From Macrostomum hystrix (taxonomy: Eukaryota > Animalia > Platyhelminthes): DNA of 64,000 nucleotides. This document shows, one piece after another, positions 36,020 to 48,286 of this stretch. The translations under genes and the position numbers were made by a program. Location: positions 15,438,001-15,502,000 of the forward strand of contig CATNEN010000001.1 of assembly GCA_950097015.1 (NCBI GenBank), given 5' to 3'. Numbering within the stretch: position 1 is the first letter of the stretch; every line of letters begins with the position of its first letter. The notes under the pieces were generated by a model that ran no database searches, had not been told where the DNA came from, and was given only the letters and a program-made list of their open reading frames with translations.

Positions 36020-39000
36020 TTGACTTACTTGAATTAGCTGCAGGGGGCATCCTTCGGATGCAGCGAGGAGGCGTTTCCGCCCATTCCGCTAGCCCCTGGC
36101 GACCACGGGCAAAGCTGCGGTGTCGCGCAGGGGGATCCGGTGATGCCGGCGTCCGCAGCGCGGTCCTCTTTCGGAGAGTCCAGGAGGTGGAAAGTTGCTC
36201 TTCGGTAAGGTGGCCCTTAGGTAACGGATGAGCTGGCAGATGTTCTCAGGCCTGAAAACGTCGGCGAGATCCGGGTTTGGGCCGAGATAGGTGAGCCTGT
36301 CCTGAGTGAAGGCGGGGCAGTCGCAAATAAAATGCTCTGCATCCTCAACGTAGGAGAAGCAGAAGGAGCATTCCTCACTGCGGCTTTTGCCTTGCAGGAA
36401 GCGGTGCCTGGCGAAACAGCCATGGCCAGAGAGGCCCATGGTAACTGCCCTGATGTCCCTGCGGTTAAGTCCAAGAAAGGCTTTGCGAAGGGCAGTAAAG
36501 GGACAAGGGACAGCAGCGCGAGACTGCCGACAATCGGCGGTATTGATCCATCTGTCCTTGTGCTTTGAGGCCACCCACTGGTTAATCCGAGTGTTGACGA
36601 CGGCGGTAGGGGTGGAAACTGCAGGCACGGGGCCAAAAAGCGAACCCGTCGAACCGGCCTTGGCGAGGCTGTCGGCCAATTCGTTACCGGGGTGGCCAGA
36701 GTGCCTTGGAATCCACCTTAGGGACACCTTGTTGTGGGTCCCTAAACGGTTGAGTTGCGCGACGCAGTCGAGGACTGTTCGCGAGCAGGTGTGCGTGCGT
36801 CCAAGGGCATGGATTGCCGCCTGGCTGTCCGAGTGGAGGAAGATTTCTGCTCCGTGGACATTTTGGTTGATCAGCTCCAGGGCGCAGGAGCTGATGGCGA
36901 GAACTTCGTTCTGGAAAACGGTAGAGTTTGTGCCGGTGTGCTGAGAGAAGGTCGGTACAGTTTTCCCTCCGGACATAATGCAGTAGCCGAAACCAGAGAC
37001 CGAGTTGATTTGCGAACCGTCGGTGAAGCAGTGAATTTCACGGGGTTGGCCGTGGTCACGTACTTCCTGGCGAGGCGGAATCAAGGACCACTAGTAGATA
37101 GTTAAGTAGTCCTTGGGGGGAATGTTGGTTTTGAATTTGAGCGGTGGGCACAGCGTCGACTGAATTCCGTCTGAGAGAAATTTGAGACCTGCTGCGTCCA
37201 GGTCCCGTAGGCTGAGGTCGCCATGGGGCTGGAGGTTCCGCTTGCTGAAGGCAAGTTGCTTCCGGATGGAGACGCCCGCGTCCAGAAGACGACGAGCCGT
37301 TTTCATCGCTTCCCCTTTGATAAAAAGATCTAAAGGGGGAAGGTCCAGGAAGGCAATTATGCCAGCGAAGGGAGTGGAGGGTGCCACACTCATGATGGCT
37401 CCACAAGCACGGCCCTGCACCTTGTTTAGGGCCTCCAAGACCCCTTTAGTCTCCAGGGCACAATTCCAGATGAAGTCGGCAAAAGAAATGGCCGGTCTTA
37501 CAATGGTAGTGTAAATCCACCAGAGAAGGCAGGGGGGTGAGGCCCCAGGTGGCGCCGAAGGCTCTGCGGATCTGCGTGAGCGTCGCAAGAGCTTTGCGGG
37601 TTTTGAATTTGACGTGAGGTGTCCAGCTCAACCTGTGGTCGAGGATGACACCTAAGCATCTGGTTTGCTTCTCCATGGCGATGGGTTTGTCATAGAGAAG
37701 GAGAGGCTCAATCCTCCAGTTTCGTTTGCTGGTGAACATAATGGCGACGGTCTTGGACTCAGAGAGTTTGAGGCCGCAGCTATGAGCCCAGCGCTCGGCA
37801 CGGTGGATGAAAGCTTGCAAAAGTTCTCTAAGGACCGGGGGAGACGGTCCGGCCTCGGTGGCGGTGACGTCGTCAGCATAGCCAATTTTTTGGATCAGGG
37901 CTGCAGAGCAGCTCGTCCATGACAAGGTTCCAAAGGATCGGACTGAGAACACCACCTTGCGGGCCTCCCTTCTGGACTTTAACAGAACGGGAGTGGCCAA
38001 GCAGGTGCGAGGTGGCAGTTCGGTGAGAGATCATATACATGATCCAGCGGGTGAGGTGCTCGTGCGCAGCCTGGCTTTCCAGGGCTCGGCTAAAGGCTCG
38101 GAATAGCACATTGTCGAAGGCACCAAATCAATGTCGAGGAAAAGCGAGAGAGCAAAACCGGTGCCAAGCACGGCGCGCTCAAGCTTGTCAACAATGGCAT
38201 GCAGAGCACTTTCGATGGAGCGTCCGGATCGAAAGGCGTGCTGGTTGGCGGAGAGCGGGGAGTTCCTCAGCTCAACGTGAAGGAGGCGCCAAAGAACTAG
38301 CCTTTTAAGCAGCTTAAGAAAGAAAGATGTTAAGCTGATGTGGCGGAAGGCTTTGGCGGAATGGTAGTCTCCCTTAGGGATGAAGACGATGATGGCTTCC
38401 TGCCAAGACCTGGGTACGTACCCGAGGGTGATACAGGCCTGGAACAGGTTGCAGAGGAGGCCGAGGAACCTGTAATTTTTGCCGCTTCATGTAGGAAGGC
38501 GGGGTAAATGTTGTCAGGTCCAGGCGACTTAAAAGGTGAGAAGAAATTAGAAGCGCGAGCTGTCTGTTCTCTAGTGATAATGGTGGTCGCAAGGATGTGT
38601 CCACCCGGAGTGTGGTCCGGCGGGTCCTGAAGCGGTGCGGTCCGGGGGAAAGCGCTGGCGAGCATGATGTCCAGCGATTCGCCAGGATTTTCAGCAAGCC
38701 GGCCGTCCGGTCTTTTGATCACTGAGAGCTTCGAATTTTGTCAAGAGTGAGCGCTTTTATAACGCGAGACACCCTTCGACGTGCGACGCACCCTTCAGCT
38801 CGGCGCAGTATTGGCGCCACTTTTCGGACTTCGCTTTCCTGGTGTCACGCTTAAAGTCACGAATCGCATTCTGGTAGGCGGTCAGGTCAGCTGGGTCCTT
38901 GCTTTTTCGTGCAATCTGCTGGAGGGATTTGGCCTTGCGCCGGAGGGTTCCAAGCGCTGGGTTCCACCAGGGAGCGGATTTTTTGCCTTTGTAGGCTTTA

Positions 39001-41486
39001 AGGGGGCAAGAGGTTTCATGAGCTGTCAGGATGGTCGTACTGAGTAGATCAGCCAGATCGTCCACTTCTTGACAGGTGGCAGGAACAACGGATTCTAACT
39101 GGTTGGTCTGACGCTTCACGGATTCCGCAAAGGCCGTCCAGTGAGTATTTCGGGCGTTCCTTTTCCACAGAATACCAGGCTTGGAGTAGGAACTTTTGCA
39201 ACCGGAAGCGAATGAAACGATGGTCAGACAGAGATTCTTCTTCGTCCCACACCTGCCAGTTCCTGATCAGAGGGATAAGGCCCTGAGAGGCGAGGGTGGC
39301 GTCAAGGACCTCCGTCCAACGCCCATTGCCAAAGGTGGGTGTGCCACCCGAGTTGCAGAACTCAATATTGGTGGTGCAGATGTAGGCAAGGAGATCCTCG
39401 CCTCTGCAGTTTGATGTAACACTGCTCCAGTGGGTGTGGTGGGCGTTAATGTCGCCTGCCACCAGCAGCTCAAAGTCGTGGTCTGAGCAGTAGTCCACGA
39501 GGGAAGTGAGACTGGGCGGAACCGCAGGACCGTCACCAGGAAAGTAGATAGAGGCGATTATGACGGTGCGGTTCGGGAAAATGTGGTTGGTTTGGATGAC
39601 ACAGAGGTCTTTGTCAGAGAGGTCTGGTCTATGCCAAGCTTTGAGGTCGGTAGTCGCGAACACAGCAGCCCTGGGGTTTTGGGGCATGAAAAAACAGTCA
39701 TAACCTGCCGGAATGTTCGGAATCTTACCCTTTCTTCGTCCAGGGCTCCTTGTAGACGATGATGCCCGGTTTTACAAAGTCCACCACACGCGCCAGGTTG
39801 GTCGATGCCGCGATGCAGTGGTGCGGGTTCAGCGGCAGGAAGCTCACCCCAGAAGGGGCGGTCCGTGCGGCTACCTGCTGGCTTACGGCGAGTTGTTCAG
39901 GAGAGATTCCTCGTAATCGCCGGTGTTTTGCCCGAGCTCCATCGGTTCCTCCTGAATCGGATCCAGAGCCGAGGCCGGGGCTGCCGCAACAGGGGCGTCC
40001 GTATCCTCAGCCCGGTTTTCCGCCGGGGGTTCCGATGAGACATTGGGCCGGATGGTGCTGCGGTGGCGTCCCCTGTTGGGGTCCGGCAGCTGTTTGGCGC
40101 GCTGAGTCAGGACAGTGCGGATGGTGTTGCGGGCGGGTTTCCGGCCCTTATCACGTCCGCCTGTCGATGCGGCTCTCGCGGCTTTGCCCCTGATAGGATC
40201 CGCATCCTCGGAGTGTCGTGACGGTCAGGGAGTCTGTGTTCCAGGGCGCAGGGGCCCGGCAGAGCTCTGATTCGTCCGTTTCCGCTTTTCCGAGGGCGGC
40301 GGGCGAGTGGCGTCGGACTCGAAGCTGAAGATCTGCATTCGAGTGAGACCTGCACTGATGCAGGACATGTCTGGGCAGCGGAGCATCTAGCTGTCCGACA
40401 GTCCTAGAATGGTCGAGTTGGTCGAGTCGAGTTGGTCGATCTGGTCGAGTTGCGCTGTCGAGAGGGGCGTCTCGGATAACCAAGGCCGGCTGCCCCTTTG
40501 CCATAGCAGCGTAAGTGCGCTTTGGCTTTGTGGTTTGGCTGGCGCCTCCCGCAACGGGCCCCCCCAGCAGTCGTCGGAGCTGCCGGATGACTGTGAGAGT
40601 TTCCGCCACGAGAGGAACCGGACGCCCCAGAGGCCTGGGCGGCACTTTTCCTCGCTTCCGGGTTTTCCGGACGACGGGAGGAGTCCGCCTACTTGTTGGG
40701 TGCCGGTCCCTCCGCGATGTTTGCAGAGTTGCCGGCCCCCCTCCTCGGAGGCGGTGGTTGGCGCGGATTTCGCAGCCAAACGTGCTTCCTGTTTGCGCCG
40801 CCGGAATTCCTGGAAGCGGGCGAAGCTGCGGGCCTGCGTGGCAGGGGAGCCTTTGCTCTTAGATCCAGCCGCTCTGGTGTTTTCCTGAGTGGCGGAGGAG
40901 CAAAATAGGTTTTGGGCGCCGGTGGAACCGGTGTCGCCCTGTCGCTGTCCTGAGGATCTGCGTCGCCGGCCGGGGTCAGCGTTTCAGCAGGGTCCTGGGA
41001 CGTGCTGGAGCTAAAGTTGGACTCCATAGGTCGCTGGAATGACAGAAAAATTTTAGATGAAAAATAAAAACCGCTAACGGCCGGATATACTCCCCGGACC
41101 TTTCAGCCCCTCAGCGCGGTGAGACCTTAGGCATAAGAGGGCACCTAGAGCAGTGCCAGGCCCGCAGACTGGCTGCGTACCCTGTTGAGGTCGAAGGGTG
41201 ACACCTTTCCCTCCAGCCAGGGCTAGAGGTACCCAGTTTTGGATGGGTCATCCAGCGCTGTTGCCAATTCTGTCCGGCTGCCCTAGGGTCAGCCTTGAAC
41301 ACTCGCGGGACGTGTACCCATGGGTCAGCTGACGGGACAGCGTGGAGGGATTCCTGCACCCGAAGGCACAGGGGTCCTTCCTGCCAAGCCTGCTCAAAAA
41401 GCGTCTGCAGGCGTGAGGCATCGCAGACCTTAGCCCGTGGGCCAGGACTGACTCATACCTCACAGGCGTGTCCCGCCGGTGCGAGC
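36020..41486 (-). mobile_element. Full-length but degenerate LOA/Lian-like non-LTR retrotransposon (ORF1, APE-RT-RNase H)
   Basis: 13-bp TSD aacgcatatgtac (36007-36019 / 41487-41499), with the empty site at 17510-17522. APE (GDINAHH, SDH), RT ([25 protein letters not shown]) and RNase H (FTDGS, NEVLAI, SDSQAA, GNELAD) are spread over many frameshifts. The 3' tail is caagtaagtcaa. Confidence 0.92.
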
Positions 41487-41770
41487 AACGCATATGTACA
41501 GGTTACCGTCATCCTGAACAAAAGAGAAAGCTTCGTAAAATGGACTATGCCAACAACTAGCAAAGACTCGGACGAATACTTACTCAAACTATTTACCATG
41601 AGGTTCATATGCTCTACAAGAGAGTAATCTTAGTAGGATTAGGTTAAGTAGAACAAGATAAGGAACAAGAAAGTAGAAGCCCAATAGTGTACAAGCGTAC
41701 AATTTAGTTTCTCTCAAAGTTAGTAACCCTATAAATTACTCAACTAGGCTTTCGGGTAATAGCATCACAA

Positions 41771-42095
41771 TCAATTCGTATGGTCAGCCAGCCAGGACCT
41801 CAGCGAAGGCAGATTGCTTTCCATCCACTTCACATTGATCCGCACATTCTCCAGGGCCAGCTCCAACGCTCGAGACGCAGTTCCGATGGTGTCTTTGTGC
41901 AGCTGCTGGAACCGCTCCATCTCCTCGAGTTTCTGCTTGGTGTTAAAACTCTCCAGATTTCTCACAATGAAGGGCAACGTAAAAAAGCCAAGACCGCTAT
42001 TCAAAAGAGAATCCCAATTGCGCTGCAGAAAATCACGCATGATTTGCAGACCGTTGGGGTTGCCTGCAACACTTGAGAACACGGTGGAGTGACAT
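41771..42095 (-). pseudogene. C-terminal fragment of a more divergent M1 aminopeptidase paralogue
   Basis: STVFSSVAGNPNGLQIMRDFLQRNW...ALENVRINVKWMESNLPSLRSWL aligns to the last ~105 aa of the three full genes. A short remnant sits at ~18021-18045 in unit 1. Confidence 0.88.
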
Positions 42096-42501
42096 TTTAT
42101 CGTTCTCCGCAATTCGCCTCACACTGTGAGAAGTAAGCGCAAGCTAGTCCACTTTGTTTTGTCCCCCTAGATGAATTCTAGCCGACAGCTAAGGAGAAAC
42201 TAGATATACCCATAATCGGCAAAAGCAAGGCAAAACTGCCTACTGCCGTAAGTAGCGTAGTTGACTCCGGCTTTCGCAGCAGTGGATGGAACAGTCGAGC
42301 CTCTAATCCGATAATGGCGGAAATGCTTTGAGGCAAAGCGGTGGTTGCGCCACCACCCAGTACGCCTGCGTTGCCGCCGCAGACATTTGGAGACGTGGCT
42401 CCCCGGAGTTTACCGCTCTAAGTATATTATTCAGTTCCTGACAAGCCATAATCGATTCTTAATATATTCTTAAATTCTTAAAGTCTGAGCTCTGAGGTTA
42501 A

Positions 42502-43272
42502 CCTCTTCCTGCATGGCTTGAACCTCCTGCAAGCATGGCTTAAACTGATACACTAGACGGGAAGGAAATGAGCAGCACTACTGCCTTTAGCCAGTAAAGC
42601 AGTCTCACTTGCTGCCTGCTTGGTATGCGCTGCTTACCATAGAAATCTGTGCGCAGCAAGTCCCCTTTACAGTAGGACAAGCTTTCTTACAATAATATTC
42701 TGACCATCTTGTTTGTTAGTATTTTCTCACTAAATTTCTCAGTACGAGCGTACTAACTGAAAACCTGCAGTAAATGGCTTCTCTCTCTGGGATCGAATAC
42801 ATGACCTCAGACAGTGAAGTGAGCCTCGACTCCTACTTAACAATAGACGAGGAGCCTGGTGAGGAGGTTGGTATCGAAGACGCACTGAATGGCAATCCTT
42901 CAATCATGGAAGAGCCTGAAGGCGAGGAAGGACAGGAGTTCGCAGATGGCGAAGCGGCTGAAGTTGAGAATGTTTGGCGGCTTGTCGAGCCTGGGTCCGA
43001 TGAAGGGACAGAAAGTTTTGAATTTACCGGAACTGCTGGCCTAAATCCTAACGTTTTAATTCCTGACAATGTTGAGCAGAATAAGTCTTTATTTTTACAA
43101 ATATTCCTTTCTGATGAGCTTTTCCAACGTCTCGCTGAATGGACGAACGCCAAGGTGGCCACCATGCTGATGGAGCTGGATCCTGAGACGGACGTCCTTC
43201 CACCTATCTTGACTAGCTGGCGGGACTGCGCCGCAAGCGAGATGAAAAAGCTTACCATCAGTCTTCTCGTGG
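42502..43272 (+). mobile_element. Internally deleted piggyBac-like element
   Basis: TTAA on both sides (42498-42501, 43273-43276), and absent from the paralogous site at ~22515-22545. ORF 42774-43283 has an acidic N-terminus and FLQIFLSDELFQRLAEWTN...W...EMKK, typical of the piggyBac transposase N-terminus. Confidence 0.8.
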
Positions 43273-44955
43273 TTAATCCTTAAAGTCTCAAGCCATAGTG
43301 CAATAGTCTTAATCTATTTGCAGTCTTAATCTATTTGCAGTCTTAATCTATTTGCAGTCTTAATCTATTTGCAGTTCGATAACTCGAACTGCCCACTCTG
43401 CATAATTCATACTTTTCTACCATTATTCATGCTTCATCTTGATAATTCATGCTACCCCTTCGGTAAAAAATGATACCCTCTTTAATAATTCATTCTGTCG
43501 TCTTGTAAAAATAGCTTTAGCCTCAAAGTATTGTTATTCTCTGAAAATCTCATACCTTGTGCTGGAAAATCTCATTCTATCTCTTCAAGACAATACAAAA
43601 CTCCCTAGATATCTAATGCTTTCCCACAAAAACTCCTTGCAATTTAGTTGATATCTCATGCTGCTATCCATTGATATCTAGCTCCATATTCCTTAGTTTC
43701 ATGTTCTCCTCCGAATTATTATGCTTTCAAAATATAAAACAACACAGACTGCTTCCATGCTCGAAAAAACGTAGATTTAAAAAATAATGCTATTAGCTAG
43801 GATTAATATATATTATCTTCTAATTTTGAATCTAAAATCGATTTCAGCAATGCTCGCAAACTTTTCTACAGTTTCGAAAAATTCTAACAGCTACGCATGC
43901 TTAAACAGTCTTCATTTAGTTTGGAATTGAAACACGCTTGAAGAAAATACGCGAAAAATGTTAGAACTTAAAATAAATGCCGCTTTTAGCTGTGCTCAAC
44001 ATATTTTCATCTAGTTCTGAATCTGATAACGCTTGCAGCTATGCTCAAAGAATCTTTCCTTAGTTAGTATCGAAAATCACACACTGCTACACTCGAAAAA
44101 ATGTCAATTCTCTTCTCACAGCGAGTAGAGTAATGATTAAGCTGACTAATATTTGCGTTCACTGTATCTAATTAAAAGCGCTTAAACCTAAAATGTCTAA
44201 AAAAACAAATCCCTCTACAAAGCATGCTAACCTCTCGACAAAGCTTGCTACCCCTCGATAATGTATGCTAATCAACACAGTAACTCTCAACATTTGATGA
44301 AGTTCCCATACTAATAATAGCTGTTTCCTCGAAAACTTATGCTATCCGAAAATAATTTATGCTACACTCTTAATTAATCATGCTACCGCTTCAAAAAATG
44401 CTACAGTCTTTATATATAATGCTATCCCTCGATAAAAATTGCGACCGCTTCAAAAATACATTCTAACCAATTCCGACAAATATTGATACCCCTCGATAAT
44501 TTACGTTTTTTATCAAGAATTCATGCTTTCTCCTAAAAAATTACGATTTTCTCACTGCATACTTTTGATTCCCTAAATCATTCATGCACTCCTATCGATG
44601 ATTTTGATTTCACTAAGTCATTGATGCACCCCCATCGATAATTCATGCTTTTCCTTCGATAATTCATACTTTCCCTCGATACTTATTGCTTTCCATCAAT
44701 AATGGACGTCGATAATGCATGCTACCCCCTCGGTAAATTATATTTTTCTTTAATAATTCGTGCTACATCGCCAATATTTAATGCTTTCCCCTCGATAATT
44801 AATGCTCCATCTTCCATAACTTATGCTTTTCCCTTGATACTTCAGGCTTTCCCCTCGATAGTTCCTGCAAGCCAGGTGATCCATTCATTATGTTAACCCC
44901 ATGAAAATTTTTCTTCCTGTGGGAGTTCATGCTTTTTCGTCGATAGTTCACCCTT

Positions 44956-45460
44956 GATAATGCATGCTCCTTCCTCCATAATTAATTCTACCCCTCGATA
45001 ATTCATGCTCCTTCCTCCATAATTAATTCTACCCCTCGATAATTCATGCTCCTTCCTCCACAATTAATTCTACCCCTCGATAATTCATGCTCCTTCCTCC
45101 ATAATTAATTCTACCCCTCGATAATTCATGCTCCTTCCTCCATAATTAATTCTACCCCTCGATAATTCATGCTCCTTCCTCAATAATTAATTCTACCCCT
45201 CGATAATTCATGCTCCTTCCTCCACAATTAATTCTACCCCTCGATAATTCATGCTCCTTCCTCCATAATTAATTCTACCCCTCGATAATTCATGCTCCTT
45301 CCTCCATAATTAATTCTACCCCTCGATAATTCATGCTCCTTCCTCAATAATTAATTCTACCCCTCGATAATTCATGCTCCTTCCTCCATAATTAATTCTA
45401 CCCCTCGATAATTCATGCTCCTTCCTCCATAATTAATTCTACCCCTCGATAATTCATGCT
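44956..45460. repeat. 41-bp tandem repeat, ~12 near-perfect copies
   Basis: Unit gataattcatgctccttcctccataattaattctacccctc. Only one unit is present at the paralogous site ~3904-3945. Confidence 0.95.
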
Positions 45461-47176
45461 TTTCCCTAGATGGATCGGGCTTTTTTCGACTGAATTCACG
45501 CTTCCGTCGATAATTCCTTCATCTGATCGATAATTCATGCTCTCTATCGATAATCAATGCTTCCCCATAATAATTCATGCTTTTCTATCGATAATTCATG
45601 CTTCTTCCCTGAAAAATCAGGCTTCCACCAAGCTTTTTCATGCTACTCTCTCGATAATGCAAGCTTTTCCCTCTCTACACATGTTTTCCTCTCGATAACT
45701 CATGCTCCCCCTACGATATAAAAAACGATTGCTTCCCTGCTAAAAAAGGCTGAATTCGAAAGGAACTCAATAGGAATTTCGCCATTTGTTACGATAATTT
45801 TTTCTCCTAGTTTTGAATCTAATAACGATTGCAGGAATGCTCAAAATCGCGAAAAAATTTTATGAATAACGCTTTTAGCTGTGCTCAACACATTTTTCTA
45901 GTTTTGAATCTGATAAAACTTGCAGCAATGCTCAAAATATCTTTCCTTTGTCTTAGTATCGAATAAAACTTGCTCCTACACTCAAAAAACGTATAATATT
46001 TTCCTACAGCGAGAAGAGCAATAAGAAAGCTTATATTTTTTCAGAAGCTAATCTAAAGCGCATAGTACGAGTAATAATACTCGAACAAAAATTCCCGATA
46101 AAAAATATTCATAAACAAGAACTTAAACTTAACTGTTGATTGCAGAAGACTAAGATAAATGGAAGCAGCAACAAAACTGAAGCTGAAATTGGACCTGCAT
46201 TCTGCAAAATAATAAAAACACCTTAGCTAGATGAAAATAAAGCGACACAATGATCGTAGTCGAGACAAGGTTTCACAATATCTAGGCTGCAGTTTTCATG
46301 GATAGAAATGAGGAGAGGTCTCGCTAGCATTGAGCATCATCAAAGCCCAATCATTGAAATCAGCTATGTACGCTTTACGTATTCAAAACAATCGCCTAAT
46401 CAGCAAAGAGACCAATATCACCATCGCAATCTATAAACGTACGTACGGTTGCTAAAAGCAGTGACGCAATCCTATTCGATTGGCGGTATCGGGCACTCTG
46501 CTTTGCTAACACACTCACCGCCTAGAAAAGGAGTGACGCAATCACATTCAACTGAGAGTATCGGCCTTCTGTGCTACCAACGCACACACGGGGAGAAAAC
46601 GCACCCATGTAATCTAATAAAACTGACGGGCACTATTGCATAGATGACCTGAAAAGTAAAGAGGACTAAAATCTCTTTAGAGTTTTGTTTTTCGAATATC
46701 AAATGCCTTAAGCATGAAGAAGATTAATAGACGTGTACCATGTAAATGAACGTGTACCACATTGTTTTGAAGACGCATCTCCTAAAGAAAGAATCGCAAA
46801 AATCTGATAACGCCTTCGCTAGAGCAAGGATAAGACAATTTTTATATTGATTGAATCAATTTTATTATAACTGACAACTAGCAATTTTATGCCACCTTTA
46901 AATCAGCTGAAATCAATGCATTCAATTTTAGGACAACGACTTTCCAAGCAAGTCCGATTTACAAGCACATTACTCTCTCCGCCGAGTCAGAGGTGCGAGT
47001 GAAAATAAACTAATTTTGAACAGCCTGCCTGCCCTATATGCCTATCCTATGCACTGCTCATATAGAAAAAGATAACTTTAAAAGTATAGCAAAAATGAAA
47101 GCTTTTTATATTTAATGCCTTTAATAATAGGTAAATACAAATAAAAGTAATGTACAAATACGTAACGTATACCATC

Positions 47177-47538
47177 ATGGGGTCGGTGGCAGAGCAATTA
47201 TCGCGTTGGCCTCTCAACCACGGTCCCTAAGTTCGATTCCACGGCGAAGCGACAATTATTTGGGGCGCAGCCGCGGAGAGAAGGCTTGGGGGCTTGTCGT
47301 GCAATTTACGCCCTTCAGGGCCAACCTCCAAGTCACAGTGAAGTGTACACTGCCTGACGATGAGAAAGTCAGGGCAGATGTACACACCTGTGTGAGCGCA
47401 TGCCTGCGTACAGTATCTGTGTGCGTGTGTGCTTAGGAGTCAGCGAAATGGGCGGAATTGCCTCCTCGCTGGCTGCGGGTCAGGTATCACTAAATGATGT
47501 GCCACTGCCTACAGCCCTCCTGCAATTATTATTATTAT
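47177..47538 (+). mobile_element. Full-length tRNA-derived SINE with LINE-like structured 3' tail
   Basis: A box tggcagagc, B box gttcgattcc, (att)n tail and a 14-bp TSD taacgtataccatc (47163-47176 / 47539-47552). Confidence 0.88.
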
Positions 47539-48286
47539 TAACGTATACCATCTCGTTAATAAGGCGAATCTTTTAATGTAGGAATCGCGAAAATCGGACA
47601 ATGCTTTTGCCTGAAAACGTATTTACTTTAAGTGAAAAAAAACACTCATGTATTGTTTTTTTTTATAAAATACTAGCAACCAAGACCTAAATTACGCTTT
47701 AAAGCCCTAAGAAGAATAATACTTTTAAATATGCAACTTCAGGACTCGGCTTGTCTTTACTTGATCTCTTCTATAAATCATGCCCCTATGATATATCATG
47801 CAATCCCTCGACAAAGCATGCTAACCTCTCGACAAAGCTTGCTACCCCTCGATAATTTATGCTACACCCTTAGTTAATCATGCTACCGCTTAAGAAATGC
47901 TAACGTCTTTATATCCTCAAAAATATGTTAATATGTTTAAGATAATATGTTTCCTCAATAACTTATGCTGTCCGGTAAATTGTAAAATCATGCTAATCAT
48001 GATTTTAAGCGGGGGAAGTAATATTGGAATCTATGAGAAGGAAAACAAAAAACATTGAACTTAATTATGGTACTTTTTTCTTGAGATATCTCCTCAATAA
48101 ATCATGCTACCGCGTTGACCATAATTTCTCTCGACAAAGCTTGCTACTCCCTCGAAAATTCAAGCTAGTCCCTTGATAATTAATTCTTCCCTTACTTAAT
48201 TCATTCTTTACCCTCCTTAATTCATTACCCTCCTTGATATTTTATAAATCATGTTATAAACTCATGAGAAATCATGAAGTATGCTA

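Noticed and set aside
47460-47473. gcctcctcgctggc matches the P3/L3 of the genomic HDV ribozyme
   Set aside because: There is no P1.1 GG, no catalytic C in a J4/2, and P2 is not adjacent. The motif is better explained as the SINE/LINE shared 3' stem-loop.
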